From contig JBEEJY010000019.1 in NCBI GenBank assembly GCA_041168925.1, positions 2,384 through 66,383 on the forward strand: DNA of 64,000 nucleotides, in the 5' to 3' direction. Position numbers and translations under genes: made by a program. This document shows, piece after piece, positions 1-8,588 of this stretch (positions are counted from its first letter, which is position 1; each line of letters opens with the position of its first letter). The notes under the pieces were generated by a model. The model worked only from the letters and a program-made list of their open reading frames with translations. It ran no database searches and had not been told where the DNA came from. The DNA comes from Candidatus Parcubacteria bacterium. Lineage in GTDB: Bacteria > Patescibacteriota > Minisyncoccia > Phycocordibacterales > UBA2100.

Positions 1-6
1 GCTTCG

Positions 7-35
7 GCAGCCGCGGGCCGCTTTTTATATTGTGT
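7..35 (+). terminator. Possible rho-independent terminator at the window edge
   Basis: Hairpin GCGGC-agccgcgg-GCCGC followed by TTTTTAT. The upstream gene lies outside the window. Confidence 0.3.
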
Positions 36-40
36 TGCCT

Positions 41-69
41 TGACATATGTTAATAGAGTGATATAATGC
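41..69 (+). promoter_or_regulatory. Sigma70-like promoter
   Basis: TTGACA, 16-nt spacer, TATAAT. It precedes a roughly 170-nt leader that contains an 8-bp stem (GAGTGAGG...CCTCACTC) before the ORF at 244. Confidence 0.45.
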
Positions 70-243
70 CAAACTCTTGACTGTTCAGCCATACCGCTCA
101 CATGGTGAGCCGTGTTGCTGGGCCGTTAAGCCCAACGTTCTTTGACGATTCGCTGCAAATTGAGTGAGGACTGCACGCCTTCGACTCGGTCGTGGTTGTA
201 CAGCCCTCACTCAAGACGCCGGTCATGAGGGCCCGGCACAACC

Positions 244-597
244 GTGAGAATAGTCATGAAAAAGACACTCATCGTCGCTACCGCCCTCGTCTTGATCGCC
301 TCCACTGCTTCTTCCGCTACGGAGTTCACCTTCAAGATCGTCGGTGGCGCCCCCGAAGGCTCGTCATTCCACAACTATCAGCCGTACGGCGATCCTACCC
401 GGACCTGCCCAGGCGGTAATGTCCGCTTGGAGCCCGCAAAGCCGAACGCCGGCGGCAAGAAGATGACCAAGGAGGCGATCGCCCGCGGCGACAAACGCTG
501 GCACGTGGTCTGCGTGCGCGGCCCCGTCCCGCAGCAGGGTGATCAGCCACCCGCGCCGCAGCAGCGTCGCACGCAGCGCCAGATCCGCCAGAATTGA
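244..597 (+). CDS. Small secreted protein, unknown function
   Basis: N-terminal signal peptide MKKTLIVATALVLIASTASSA, Pro/Gln-rich C-terminus. No recognisable family. Confidence 0.5.
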   Translation: MRIVMKKTLIVATALVLIASTASSATEFTFKIVGGAPEGSSFHNYQPYGDPTRTCPGGNVRLEPAKPNAGGKKMTKEAIARGDKRWHVVCVRGPVPQQGDQPPAPQQRRTQRQIRQN

Positions 598-686
598 TCG
601 GCAGATCTATGGAACGGGCTCGACAGCGTTTGCTGTCGATGCCCGTTCCGCCACTTTTCCAAGAATCCAAGAATCAACGGCACACC

Positions 687-714
687 TTGACAATTGGATT
701 ATCACTGATATAAT
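687..714 (+). promoter_or_regulatory. Consensus sigma70-like promoter for the repeat protein gene
   Basis: TTGACA(687-692), 16 nt, TATAAT(709-714), located 59 nt upstream of the ATG at 773. Confidence 0.5.
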
Positions 715-772
715 CTCGAGGTTTTCAAAATTATAAAAGATTATTAGGACGGATAATAAAATGTAAACGATT

Positions 773-2227
773 ATGACAAATGCATCTGTAAAGAATACGT
801 TCGCTGTTCTGTCAGTGTTCGCCACGTTGGCGATTTCTATGGGCGCATTTGCCAGCATCGCCAATGCCCAGGAGGACATGGGATATATTGACTCCTACGG
901 TGACAACTTGGGTTACGTTGATAGCTATGGAGACAATCTCGGCTATGTCGATAGCTACGGCGACAACCTTGGTTACATGGATACGTACGGCGACAACCTT
1001 GGTTACATGGACAGCTATGGCAGTAATCTCGGCTATCTCGATTCGTACGGTGATAATCTGGGCTACCTCGACACCTACGGCAATAATCTCGGCTACATGG
1101 ATACTTACGGAAACGACATCTCTGGCACCGACGTGTACGGCACGGATGTGACGTACGAAGAGGGGATCGGATACTCGTACCACGAATATACCGACACCTA
1201 CGGCTACGACACGTATTCCTCTGGCGGTTATGGCGGCTACGGCGGTGGTTTTGGAGGCGGATTCGGCGGAGGCGGTTACGGAGGCGGACGCACCTTCTCG
1301 GCTCCTGGCTTTCCTAGCTTCTCGTACCCGAGCTATCCTTCCTACCCGAGCTATCCGCCCTCTCGTCCGCAGCCCCCGGTTTATCCTCCGGTCATAACGA
1401 CTCCGGTCTCAAACGTTAGCAACAACACCTGCACCGGCGGAAGCTGCAACAACTACAACAACAATAACTACAATTACAACGACAACAGCATCAACGGCAG
1501 CTTCAACACCAACACGAACACCAATACGAATGTGGCGCCGGTCGTGCCTGTCGCGATCGCTCCGGTGACCTATCCTATCAGCTACACGATTCCGCAAACC
1601 CCGGTCATCTACCCGGCTCCGGTCCAAAACCTCTACTGCGTCATCACGGCGGGCCCGACTTCGATCAAGAACGGCCAGCCTGCAGTACTCGCGTGGAGCG
1701 CGCCGGGCGCCACGAGCGCATGGCTCTCCGATGGCATCGGTATCGTCTCTGCGAACGGTTCTCTCACGGTACGCCCGAGCCGCTCGACGACGTACATCCT
1801 CACGGTGACCGGTCCTGGCGGCACGCGCACCTGCTCGACCGTCGTCAATGTCTCAGGCATGCCGTACGTCTCGCTCTCGCAGATTCCGTACACCGGCTTC
1901 GACTTCGGTCCGTTCGGCAACATGATCTACTGGCTCTCGCTCGCGCTTTTCGCGATCGCCGGCGCCTATCTCTTGGTCTATTACCGAGGCGGCATGCTCT
2001 CGCTCGCGAGCGTCGCGCTCGCTCGCACTACCCGATCGGTCGCGGAAGCGCCGGTACGAATAGTGGAAGCGGCAGCGAGGAAAATCGAGGAAGTAGTCAT
2101 CGCTCCGGTAGCCGCATCTCTCGAGAACCTTCCGGCGTTCGAAAAACGCGCCGTAACCAATGACTCGCTGACCTTCAGCGCATCGAAAAACGGCGAAGCG
2201 CCCCGCATCACCATCAATCGCAACTAA
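773..2227 (+). CDS. Repeat-rich type-I membrane/surface protein
   Basis: Signal peptide, then 8 copies of (D/M)(S/T)YG(D/N)NLGY(V/M/L), then a Gly/Tyr-rich block, an SYPSYPSYP run and an Asn-rich tract. It also carries a roughly 75-aa Cys-bracketed beta-domain, a C-terminal TM helix and a cytoplasmic tail. Confidence 0.75.
   Translation: MTNASVKNTFAVLSVFATLAISMGAFASIANAQEDMGYIDSYGDNLGYVDSYGDNLGYVDSYGDNLGYMDTYGDNLGYMDSYGSNLGYLDSYGDNLGYLDTYGNNLGYMDTYGNDISGTDVYGTDVTYEEGIGYSYHEYTDTYGYDTYSSGGYGGYGGGFGGGFGGGGYGGGRTFSAPGFPSFSYPSYPSYPSYPPSRPQPPVYPPVITTPVSNVSNNTCTGGSCNNYNNNNYNYNDNSINGSFNTNTNTNTNVAPVVPVAIAPVTYPISYTIPQTPVIYPAPVQNLYCVITAGPTSIKNGQPAVLAWSAPGATSAWLSDGIGIVSANGSLTVRPSRSTTYILTVTGPGGTRTCSTVVNVSGMPYVSLSQIPYTGFDFGPFGNMIYWLSLALFAIAGAYLLVYYRGGMLSLASVALARTTRSVAEAPVRIVEAAARKIEEVVIAPVAASLENLPAFEKRAVTNDSLTFSASKNGEAPRITINRN
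877..1120 (+). repeat. 30-nt tandem coding repeat, about 8 copies
   Basis: The unit gaYagctaYggMgacaaYctYggYtaYRtg repeats in frame inside the 773..2227 CDS. Confidence 0.8.
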
Positions 2228-2286
2228 AGTGCGCGTTTACGATTAACGAAGTCGAAGTGCCGCCGTCCTCAAGACAGACAAAGTGA

Positions 2287-2320
2287 ACAAGACCTCCCCA
2301 TTCGGGGAGGTCTTGTTATC
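2287..2320 (+). terminator. Hairpin terminator after the repeat-protein gene
   Basis: ACAAGACCTCCCC-attc-GGGGAGGTCTTGT followed by a T-containing tract. The U-tract is weak. Confidence 0.45.
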
Positions 2321-2384
2321 AGATTCATATCTTACCTATGGAAGGTGGTCAGTGTAGATAATCCGGACTGTCTGGAGATAACCC

Positions 2385-2419
2385 TACACTTATATGCTCG
2401 GTCGTATAAGATAAGTGTA
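2385..2419. repeat. Palindromic element, copy 1
   Basis: TACACTTAT-N17-ATAAGTGTA, directly abutting the start codon of the regulator gene. Confidence 0.7.
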
Positions 2420-2984
2420 TATGGGCAAATTAGAGGAAACTACGAGACGACGCGCAAAACGGAATCAAATACAGAAAGTAGTTTTAGAGACAATAAAAAT
2501 AGCAGGCATTTTGAGTATTGGCATCGTCGCTCCCAATGTTCTGGGGGCCATGCATAAGCTGGGTCTGATACGGCACGGACGACATGGAGAACTCGTTCGC
2601 AGATCGATCGATCGTATGTATAGTCTTGGCTATTTGAAGCACGTCCGAGGAGGTCTTCAGCTCACTGAGAAAGGCGAGAAGTACCTGCGGACGCTTCAAT
2701 CTAGAATTTTCACTCGAATAAAACCACTCCGATGGGATCATAAATGGCGCATATTAATTTTCGACATTCCCGAACACAACAGGAAGCTCAGGGACCATAT
2801 TCGTCGAACACTGTCGGGGAACGGTTTCATGCAAGTTCAAAAGAGCGTGTGGATATATCCATACGACTGCGAAGACTGGGTCAATCTTTGGAAAGCAGAA
2901 CTCAAAATCGGCAAACAACTTCTTTATCTTATTGTTGATTCTTTGGAAGGGGACTCATCCCTCAAAAGAACCTTTGGCCTGTAG
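2415..2984 (+). CDS. Winged-helix transcriptional regulator, PaaX-like
   Basis: N-terminal wHTH-like region. The C-terminal motif WDHKWRILIFDIPE...LRDHIRRTL..GF..VQKSVWIYP resembles the PaaX C-domain (WDGRWHLV...GF..LQ.GVW). The ORF begins on GTG; an ATG about 6 nt later (MGKLEE) is the likely start. Local GC is about 42% against about 60% elsewhere. Confidence 0.5.
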   Translation: MYMGKLEETTRRRAKRNQIQKVVLETIKIAGILSIGIVAPNVLGAMHKLGLIRHGRHGELVRRSIDRMYSLGYLKHVRGGLQLTEKGEKYLRTLQSRIFTRIKPLRWDHKWRILIFDIPEHNRKLRDHIRRTLSGNGFMQVQKSVWIYPYDCEDWVNLWKAELKIGKQLLYLIVDSLEGDSSLKRTFGL

Positions 2985-2994
2985 TATTTTGTAA

Positions 2995-3029
2995 TACACT
3001 TATGTGCTCGATCGGATAGGATAAGTGTA
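2995..3029. repeat. Palindromic element, copy 2
   Basis: ATACACTTAT-N17-ATAAGTGTAT, 10 nt after the regulator stop codon. It is a direct repeat of copy 1, with 10-bp arms. Confidence 0.7.
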
Positions 3030-3131
3030 TGAGAAGGAATGAGGATAAAAAGGAGGCGAAGAAAGAAGTCGGGGGGGGATGGAAGAAAATGCGGGTAACG
3101 AGTAAGAAGTGCCGTAAGAAGTGAATGTGAA

Positions 3132-4472
3132 TTACAAGCTGCGGGCAGCAATGTCGCGCTTTAACTTCTCGATGAATTTGCCAATCTCTTCCGTCTTCTT
3201 TTGTCCGGTGCGGTTCTCTATCGTCACCGTTTTATCCGCGACCTCCTGATCGCCGACGACGATAAAGTAGGGGATTTTTCCCATTTTCGCATTGCGAATC
3301 CGTTTCCCGAGGCTGTCGCCCTCGAGGAGTTCTACGCGCACTCCGGCTTCTTTGAGTTCTGTCACCGTACTGCGCGCGTACTCCGCGTGCTTGTCGGAAA
3401 CGGGCAACACGGCGACCTGCACGGGCGAGAGCCAGAGCGGGAAAGCGCCTGCGTAGTGTTCGATAAGAAAGGCGATGCTGCGCTCGAAAGTGCCGATAGA
3501 CGAGCGGTGGACGACGAACGCACGATGTTTCTTGCCGTCCTCGCCGATATAGGCGAGGTCGAACCGGTCGGGCATGCAGAAGTCGTACTGCACGGTGAAG
3601 GCGGTATCTTCTTTGCCGTTCACGTTTTTCATCTGTATGTCTATTTTCGGACCGTAGAACGCAGCCTCGTCTTTCGCCTCGAAAAAGTCGCTTCCGCGCT
3701 TCTTCAGCACGCCGCGCAAAAGCTCTTCGCCTTTTTCCCACGCGGTATCGTTTTTATAGTATTTTTCCGCGTTGGAGCGATCTCCGAGCGAAAGCCGGTA
3801 GCGATATTCTTTGCCGTGTTGCAGGCCGAATACTCCCGCGACGTATTCTATGAGATCGAGCGCCTTGTCGGCTTCTTCAGCCGCTTGTCCCTCCGAAGCG
3901 CAAATAATGTGCGCATCCGCGAGGCACATGGATCGCACGCGCTGCAAGCCCATGAGCTCGCCCGATTGCTCGTAGCGATAGAGCTTCGCGAGTTCCGCTA
4001 TTCGCATCGGCAGCTCGCGATAGCTGTGCGGTTTGTCGAGATAGAGCTCGAAGTGGTGCGGGCAGGTCATCGGTCGGAGCATGAATTCTTCGTCGTCGAT
4101 GACGATGGGCGCGTACATCGAATCCTTGTAGTGCGGGTAGTGACCGCTTTTGCGATACAAGTCGAGCTTCGCGATATCGGGCGTATAGACATGCAAGTAA
4201 CCCCGTTTGATTTCTTCATCCACTATGAAGCGTTCAAGCTCGCGGCGTATGACTGACCCGCGCGGAGTCCAGAGGGGGAGTCCTTTGCCTACGGCGTCGG
4301 AGAAGGTGAAGAGATCAAGTTCGCGACCCAACTTCTTGTGGTCGCGTTCATTGGCATCGGCCGCCGGCTCGTTCTTCATCGACCTAATATAGCAAGGAAT
4401 TGCGCTACGTAAAATCGAAGCGGCGGCCGAGAACTTGTCTCGGTCGCCGCGTTTATCCGCTGTAGCGAACAC
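3132..4472 (-). CDS. thrS: Threonyl-tRNA synthetase, catalytic and anticodon-binding core only
   Basis: RDHKKLGRELDLF, class II motifs (YRYEQSGEL...RVRS...ADAHII), C-terminal anticodon-binding domain. The N-terminal TGS and editing domains are absent. The start may instead be the downstream Met (MKNEP...). Confidence 0.9.
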   Translation of the reverse strand: MFATADKRGDRDKFSAAASILRSAIPCYIRSMKNEPAADANERDHKKLGRELDLFTFSDAVGKGLPLWTPRGSVIRRELERFIVDEEIKRGYLHVYTPDIAKLDLYRKSGHYPHYKDSMYAPIVIDDEEFMLRPMTCPHHFELYLDKPHSYRELPMRIAELAKLYRYEQSGELMGLQRVRSMCLADAHIICASEGQAAEEADKALDLIEYVAGVFGLQHGKEYRYRLSLGDRSNAEKYYKNDTAWEKGEELLRGVLKKRGSDFFEAKDEAAFYGPKIDIQMKNVNGKEDTAFTVQYDFCMPDRFDLAYIGEDGKKHRAFVVHRSSIGTFERSIAFLIEHYAGAFPLWLSPVQVAVLPVSDKHAEYARSTVTELKEAGVRVELLEGDSLGKRIRNAKMGKIPYFIVVGDQEVADKTVTIENRTGQKKTEEIGKFIEKLKRDIAARSL

Positions 4473-4892
4473 TTACCCGACGATATCGATGGCGTCGCAG
4501 AACCGCAGGACATTGCGTTTGAGTTGATCCCGCGGAATCTGTTGCTGATGCGCCATCATGAGCAAACTGATCTCCCCGGCAACCCCGGCGACCCAGAGCT
4601 CCAACTCGCTCGGATCCACGGTTTCTTCCATGGCCTTGGCGATCTTATCCCAATATTCGAGATCAAATTGTCTCTGCTTGTCACCGATCACTCCGGTCAC
4701 CATATGGTTGAAATAATCGGCTAGTGCCCGGAGATTGTTCCTGGGCTTGTCCGGGTTCCTGCGGATTTCTGTAGCAGCTCGTGCCGCCAGCTCGCGAAGT
4801 CTCTTCATGTCTCGATCTCCAACGAATGGATCAAACGAGGCGGAGCAGTCAGCCTCTGTAAAGTTTTTACAGTAAAATATCTCTGTTGTCAA
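4473..4892 (-). CDS. Hypothetical protein, co-oriented between dnaE and thrS
   Basis: 139-aa ORF whose stop abuts the thrS start. No recognisable motif. Confidence 0.45.
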   Translation of the reverse strand: MTTEIFYCKNFTEADCSASFDPFVGDRDMKRLRELAARAATEIRRNPDKPRNNLRALADYFNHMVTGVIGDKQRQFDLEYWDKIAKAMEETVDPSELELWVAGVAGEISLLMMAHQQQIPRDQLKRNVLRFCDAIDIVG

Positions 4893-4894
4893 AT

Positions 4895-7800
4895 TTACAA
4901 CGCCTTTGCGCGTTCCACTACGAAACTAGGTTCGCCGTTGCGCTCCGAGATCCTGCCTTTGATCGCGATGCATGCGCCAGGCGCCATGAGTTGTTCATAC
5001 TCTTTAAAAGTGCGCGGGAACGCGATCGCTTCGATGCCGTCGCTGAAATCCACGATCTTGAGAAAACCCATTCGTTCGCCGTTCTTGGTTGTATTGACGC
5101 GTGCCTGCTCGATAAAGCCCGCGATGACCGTCTCGACGCCGCGCATGTTTTCCTTGGCGTGCTTGATCGTCTTTTTCGCGTCGGTGAATTTCGCGCGATG
5201 CTTGTCGAGCGGATGTCCGGAGACGTAGAGGCCGAGCAGCTCTTTCTCCCACGAAAGCAGCACATCGAGCGGCACGGGCTCCGCACGTTTTAGCGTGAGC
5301 TGCACACGCTCGTGCGAACCGAGCGCCGCCTCAGAAAAGAGCGACCCTTGATCTTGCGGCGCACTCAGCTGTTCCCGGTGATACTCAAGAAGAGTCTCAA
5401 GGTTCGCCATGAGCTCTCCGCGGGTAATCTGCATATCATCGAATGCGCCGCACTGGATGAGCGATTCGAGAGATTTCTTGTTGAGATTTTTGTCGGGAAT
5501 GCGCGAGAGAAAATCCGCGATGTTGGAAAACGGGCCGCCTTTTTCCCGTGCCGCGATGATGGAATCCGCGACTCCGGTGCCGAAATTTTTTATCGAATAC
5601 AATCCGAAGCGGATATTCTTTTCGTCGATGACGGTGAAATTGCCCTGACTTTCTTGCACGGAGGGAGGCCATATGGTGATGCCCATCCGCTTGCACTCCC
5701 GCACCACCTCGGCGACTTTCTCCACGTCGCCCGCATCGGCGGTGAGGAGCGCGGCCATGTAATCGACGGCGAAGTTTGCTTTCATATATGCGGTCTTGTA
5801 CGCCAGATTGCCGTAGCTTGCGGCATGCGCTTTGTTGAATCCGTAGGCGGCGAACGTCTCGATCTGTTCCCACAGTGTTTGCACCGCGTCTTTTTTCATG
5901 CCGTTTTTGATGCATCCTTGCGCAAACTTCTCTTTTTGCGCCTTCATCTCGGCTGGAATCTTTTTGCCCATCGCTTTACGGAATTTATCGGCCTCACCCC
6001 ACGAGTAACCGGCGAGCTCCACCGCGATCATCATGACGTCGTCTTGGTAGATGAGGACGCCGTAGGTCGGCTTCAGGATTTTTTCCATGCGCGGATCGAG
6101 GTAGCGCACTCGCGAAGGATTGCGCTTGCGTTCGATGTACTCGGGGATGAAGGCCATCGGTCCGGGTCGATAGAGCGCGACCATCGCGTTTAGATCATGA
6201 ATGACGGTCGGCATCAGCTCTTTGAGGTACGAGGTCATGCCGCCACCCGCCATTTGAAAGACTCCGAGCGTTTCGCCGCGTGCGAGCATCCCGTAGGTCT
6301 TCTTGTCGTCGAGGGGTATTTTTTCGAGATCGATCGTTTTGCCGAGACGCTTTCCAACGCGCTCGACCGAATCCGCGAGGACGGAGAGATTGGTGAGACC
6401 GAGGATATCGAATTTCAAAAGGCCGACGCCGCCGTATTCGTCGGCGATCGAATACATATCGTACTGCGTGATGATGTGATTCCCCTTCGGGTCGATCTGG
6501 ATGGGAGAGAAATCGCTGACTTTGGTCGGCGCGATAACGACACCCGCGGCGTGCACGCCGACATGGCGCGCGTTGCCTTCGATCTTGCGCGCGAGGTCGA
6601 GGACCTCGCGCGCATCCGCGTCCCTCTTGTACACGTCGGCGAGTTCGGGGGCGTCTTTGAGCGCGTTTTCAAGCGTCACCGGAAATCCTTGCTTGCCAAA
6701 GGGGATTAATTTCGCGATCGTATCGCCGAGGCCGTATGGATGCCCAAGCGCTCTGGCGACATCGCGCACAGCGGCGCGCGCCATCATGGTGCCGAAGGTG
6801 CCGATCTGCGCCACTTTGTCGACGCCGTATTTTTCTCTCACGTAGTCGATGAGCTCGTCGCGACGGTTGTCTGCGATGTCCATGTCGATGTCGGGCGCGG
6901 TCGGCCGTTCGGGGTTGAGGAACCGCTCGAAAGGCATTTGGAACGCGATCGGATCAACGGTCGTGATGCCGCAAAGGTACGAAATGAGCGATCCCGCGGC
7001 GGAGCCGCGGGTATTGGTGTAGATCCCGGCCTCTCTCGCATGGCGCAGCAAGTCGGCGACGATAAGAAAGTACGAGGCGTAGCCCTTTTTTGAAATGATC
7101 TCGAGCTCGTAGTCCATGCGCGCGCACAGTTCAGGGGTCTCTCGCATCCCGCGCTCCTTGATGCCGCGTTCGGCGAGAGACCGGAGTTCGCCGTCGTGCG
7201 TCGCGTTCGCAGCGATCGGGAAATAGGGAAGGATCGCCTTTCCGAGGGTCAGTTCGAGGTTGCACGATTGCGCCACCCTCTCGGTGTTTTCCAGGGCCTG
7301 CGGCAGCTGCTCGAAGAGTTCTCGCGCGCGAGCTCGCGAAATGAAAGAAAAATCGTGCGCGCCTTCCTCGAAACCGCGGTTGAGGGTCGAGCCGGTGCGG
7401 ATCTTGTTGACGAGCTCGCGCGCGAGCGCGTCGTCTTGCTTCAGATAATAGGCATCGTGGGCGGCGACGAGCGGGATCCGGAGGCGGTCGGCCACAGATG
7501 CGATCTCGCGCGCTCGCGTTGCGTGCCCATCGATCTCCGGGTGCATGGTGATCTCCGTGAAAAGATCGCTTTGAAAAAGATGCGCGTACCAATCCATCAC
7601 CTCTTCGGCTTTTTGCGCGTTGCCGTCGCGAAGCGCTCGCGCATGTTCGCCGCCAAACGACGGAAGGATGGCGATCAGCCCCTCCCGATGCTCTTCGACG
7701 AGTTCGCGGTCAACGCGCGGACGGTAATAAAAGCCCTCAAGGTGCGAGCGGGAGACGAGCTGCAGCAGATTGCGGTACCCTGCTTCGTTTTTCGCGAGCA

Positions 7801-8077
7801 AAACGAGCCGCGACGAACGGTCATCCACCCGATGCTCTTTGTCGTGTCGCGTGCGCGCCGCGACGAAAAAATCCACCCCGATGATAGGCTTCACCGCGTT
7901 GTCTTTGCACTCTTTATAGAATTCTATGGCACCGTAGAGGTTGCCGCTGTCTGTGAGAGCCAGGGATTTTTGTCCGTCCGTAGCAGCCGCGGCAACAAGA
8001 TCCGGAATTTTCGGCAATGCTTCGAGCAGCGAGTAGTGCGAGTGTGTATGCAAATGGACAAAATCACGCGCACTCAT
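4895..8077 (-). CDS. dnaE: DNA polymerase III alpha subunit
   Basis: N-terminal PHP domain (HLHTHSHYSLLEA) and polymerase core. 1060 aa. Confidence 0.95.
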   Translation of the reverse strand: MSARDFVHLHTHSHYSLLEALPKIPDLVAAAATDGQKSLALTDSGNLYGAIEFYKECKDNAVKPIIGVDFFVAARTRHDKEHRVDDRSSRLVLLAKNEAGYRNLLQLVSRSHLEGFYYRPRVDRELVEEHREGLIAILPSFGGEHARALRDGNAQKAEEVMDWYAHLFQSDLFTEITMHPEIDGHATRAREIASVADRLRIPLVAAHDAYYLKQDDALARELVNKIRTGSTLNRGFEEGAHDFSFISRARARELFEQLPQALENTERVAQSCNLELTLGKAILPYFPIAANATHDGELRSLAERGIKERGMRETPELCARMDYELEIISKKGYASYFLIVADLLRHAREAGIYTNTRGSAAGSLISYLCGITTVDPIAFQMPFERFLNPERPTAPDIDMDIADNRRDELIDYVREKYGVDKVAQIGTFGTMMARAAVRDVARALGHPYGLGDTIAKLIPFGKQGFPVTLENALKDAPELADVYKRDADAREVLDLARKIEGNARHVGVHAAGVVIAPTKVSDFSPIQIDPKGNHIITQYDMYSIADEYGGVGLLKFDILGLTNLSVLADSVERVGKRLGKTIDLEKIPLDDKKTYGMLARGETLGVFQMAGGGMTSYLKELMPTVIHDLNAMVALYRPGPMAFIPEYIERKRNPSRVRYLDPRMEKILKPTYGVLIYQDDVMMIAVELAGYSWGEADKFRKAMGKKIPAEMKAQKEKFAQGCIKNGMKKDAVQTLWEQIETFAAYGFNKAHAASYGNLAYKTAYMKANFAVDYMAALLTADAGDVEKVAEVVRECKRMGITIWPPSVQESQGNFTVIDEKNIRFGLYSIKNFGTGVADSIIAAREKGGPFSNIADFLSRIPDKNLNKKSLESLIQCGAFDDMQITRGELMANLETLLEYHREQLSAPQDQGSLFSEAALGSHERVQLTLKRAEPVPLDVLLSWEKELLGLYVSGHPLDKHRAKFTDAKKTIKHAKENMRGVETVIAGFIEQARVNTTKNGERMGFLKIVDFSDGIEAIAFPRTFKEYEQLMAPGACIAIKGRISERNGEPSFVVERAKAL

Positions 8078-8173
8078 ATTTCGCAGTATAGCACTAGCGA
8101 GTTTTCCAAATGAAAAGGGCGTGCCGCAGCCGCCCTTTTGTCTTCTCGTCGTGCTCGTGGATTGCGCCGGCCG

Positions 8174-8470
8174 TCAGTCTTCGGGGTGGAGCTCCTCGGA
8201 TTCGGGGAGCGGAGGCCCGCCGTATTCGCGGTCGCCGGCGTCCTCGTGCTGCCAGTCGTCGTACTCGTGCGGGCAGTGGGTACCGAGGAAGTCGTGCTCG
8301 CCGAAGCTATGAAGAATTGGGATCAGCGCTTCGACGTGATCGGGCACCGGTCGGGCGGTCTCGGCCCAGTGCCTTTTCAACTCGGCGATGTCATCGGGAC
8401 TGGCGCTGCTCCCGGCTTCGATAACGCGCTCAATGATAGACGACGGATGGTCTACGACTGTTGCCGACAT
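8174..8470 (-). CDS. Small acidic hypothetical protein
   Basis: 99-aa ORF (MSATVVDHPSS...) with a GAGGGA ribosome-binding site (RBS) upstream, divergent from rnhB. Confidence 0.5.
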   Translation of the reverse strand: MSATVVDHPSSIIERVIEAGSSASPDDIAELKRHWAETARPVPDHVEALIPILHSFGEHDFLGTHCPHEYDDWQHEDAGDREYGGPPLPESEELHPED

Positions 8471-8588
8471 TGTTCCCTCGCGGGTTTGGTGGTTTCCGTT
8501 GCCGCCACAGGCACTATGTACAAGGTCCTTTGGCTGTCCGCAGCGTATCAAAAGACGGCGTCTTTTCAAACTGGTATCATTACTAGTG

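Noticed and set aside
877-1120. Possible CRISPR array suggested by the regular 30-nt periodic repeat
   Set aside because: The repeats are in frame inside a protein-coding gene, contiguous with no spacers, and encode a conserved 10-aa unit. No cas genes in the window.
3201-4256. 351-aa plus-strand ORF antisense to thrS
   Set aside because: Lies entirely inside a well-supported thrS on the opposite strand. Arg/Val-rich composition typical of shadow ORFs in high-GC DNA.
5312-8113. Several long plus-strand ORFs (5312..6193, 6197..6709, 7196..8113) antisense to dnaE
   Set aside because: Embedded in dnaE. No motifs. Typical GC-rich antisense frames.
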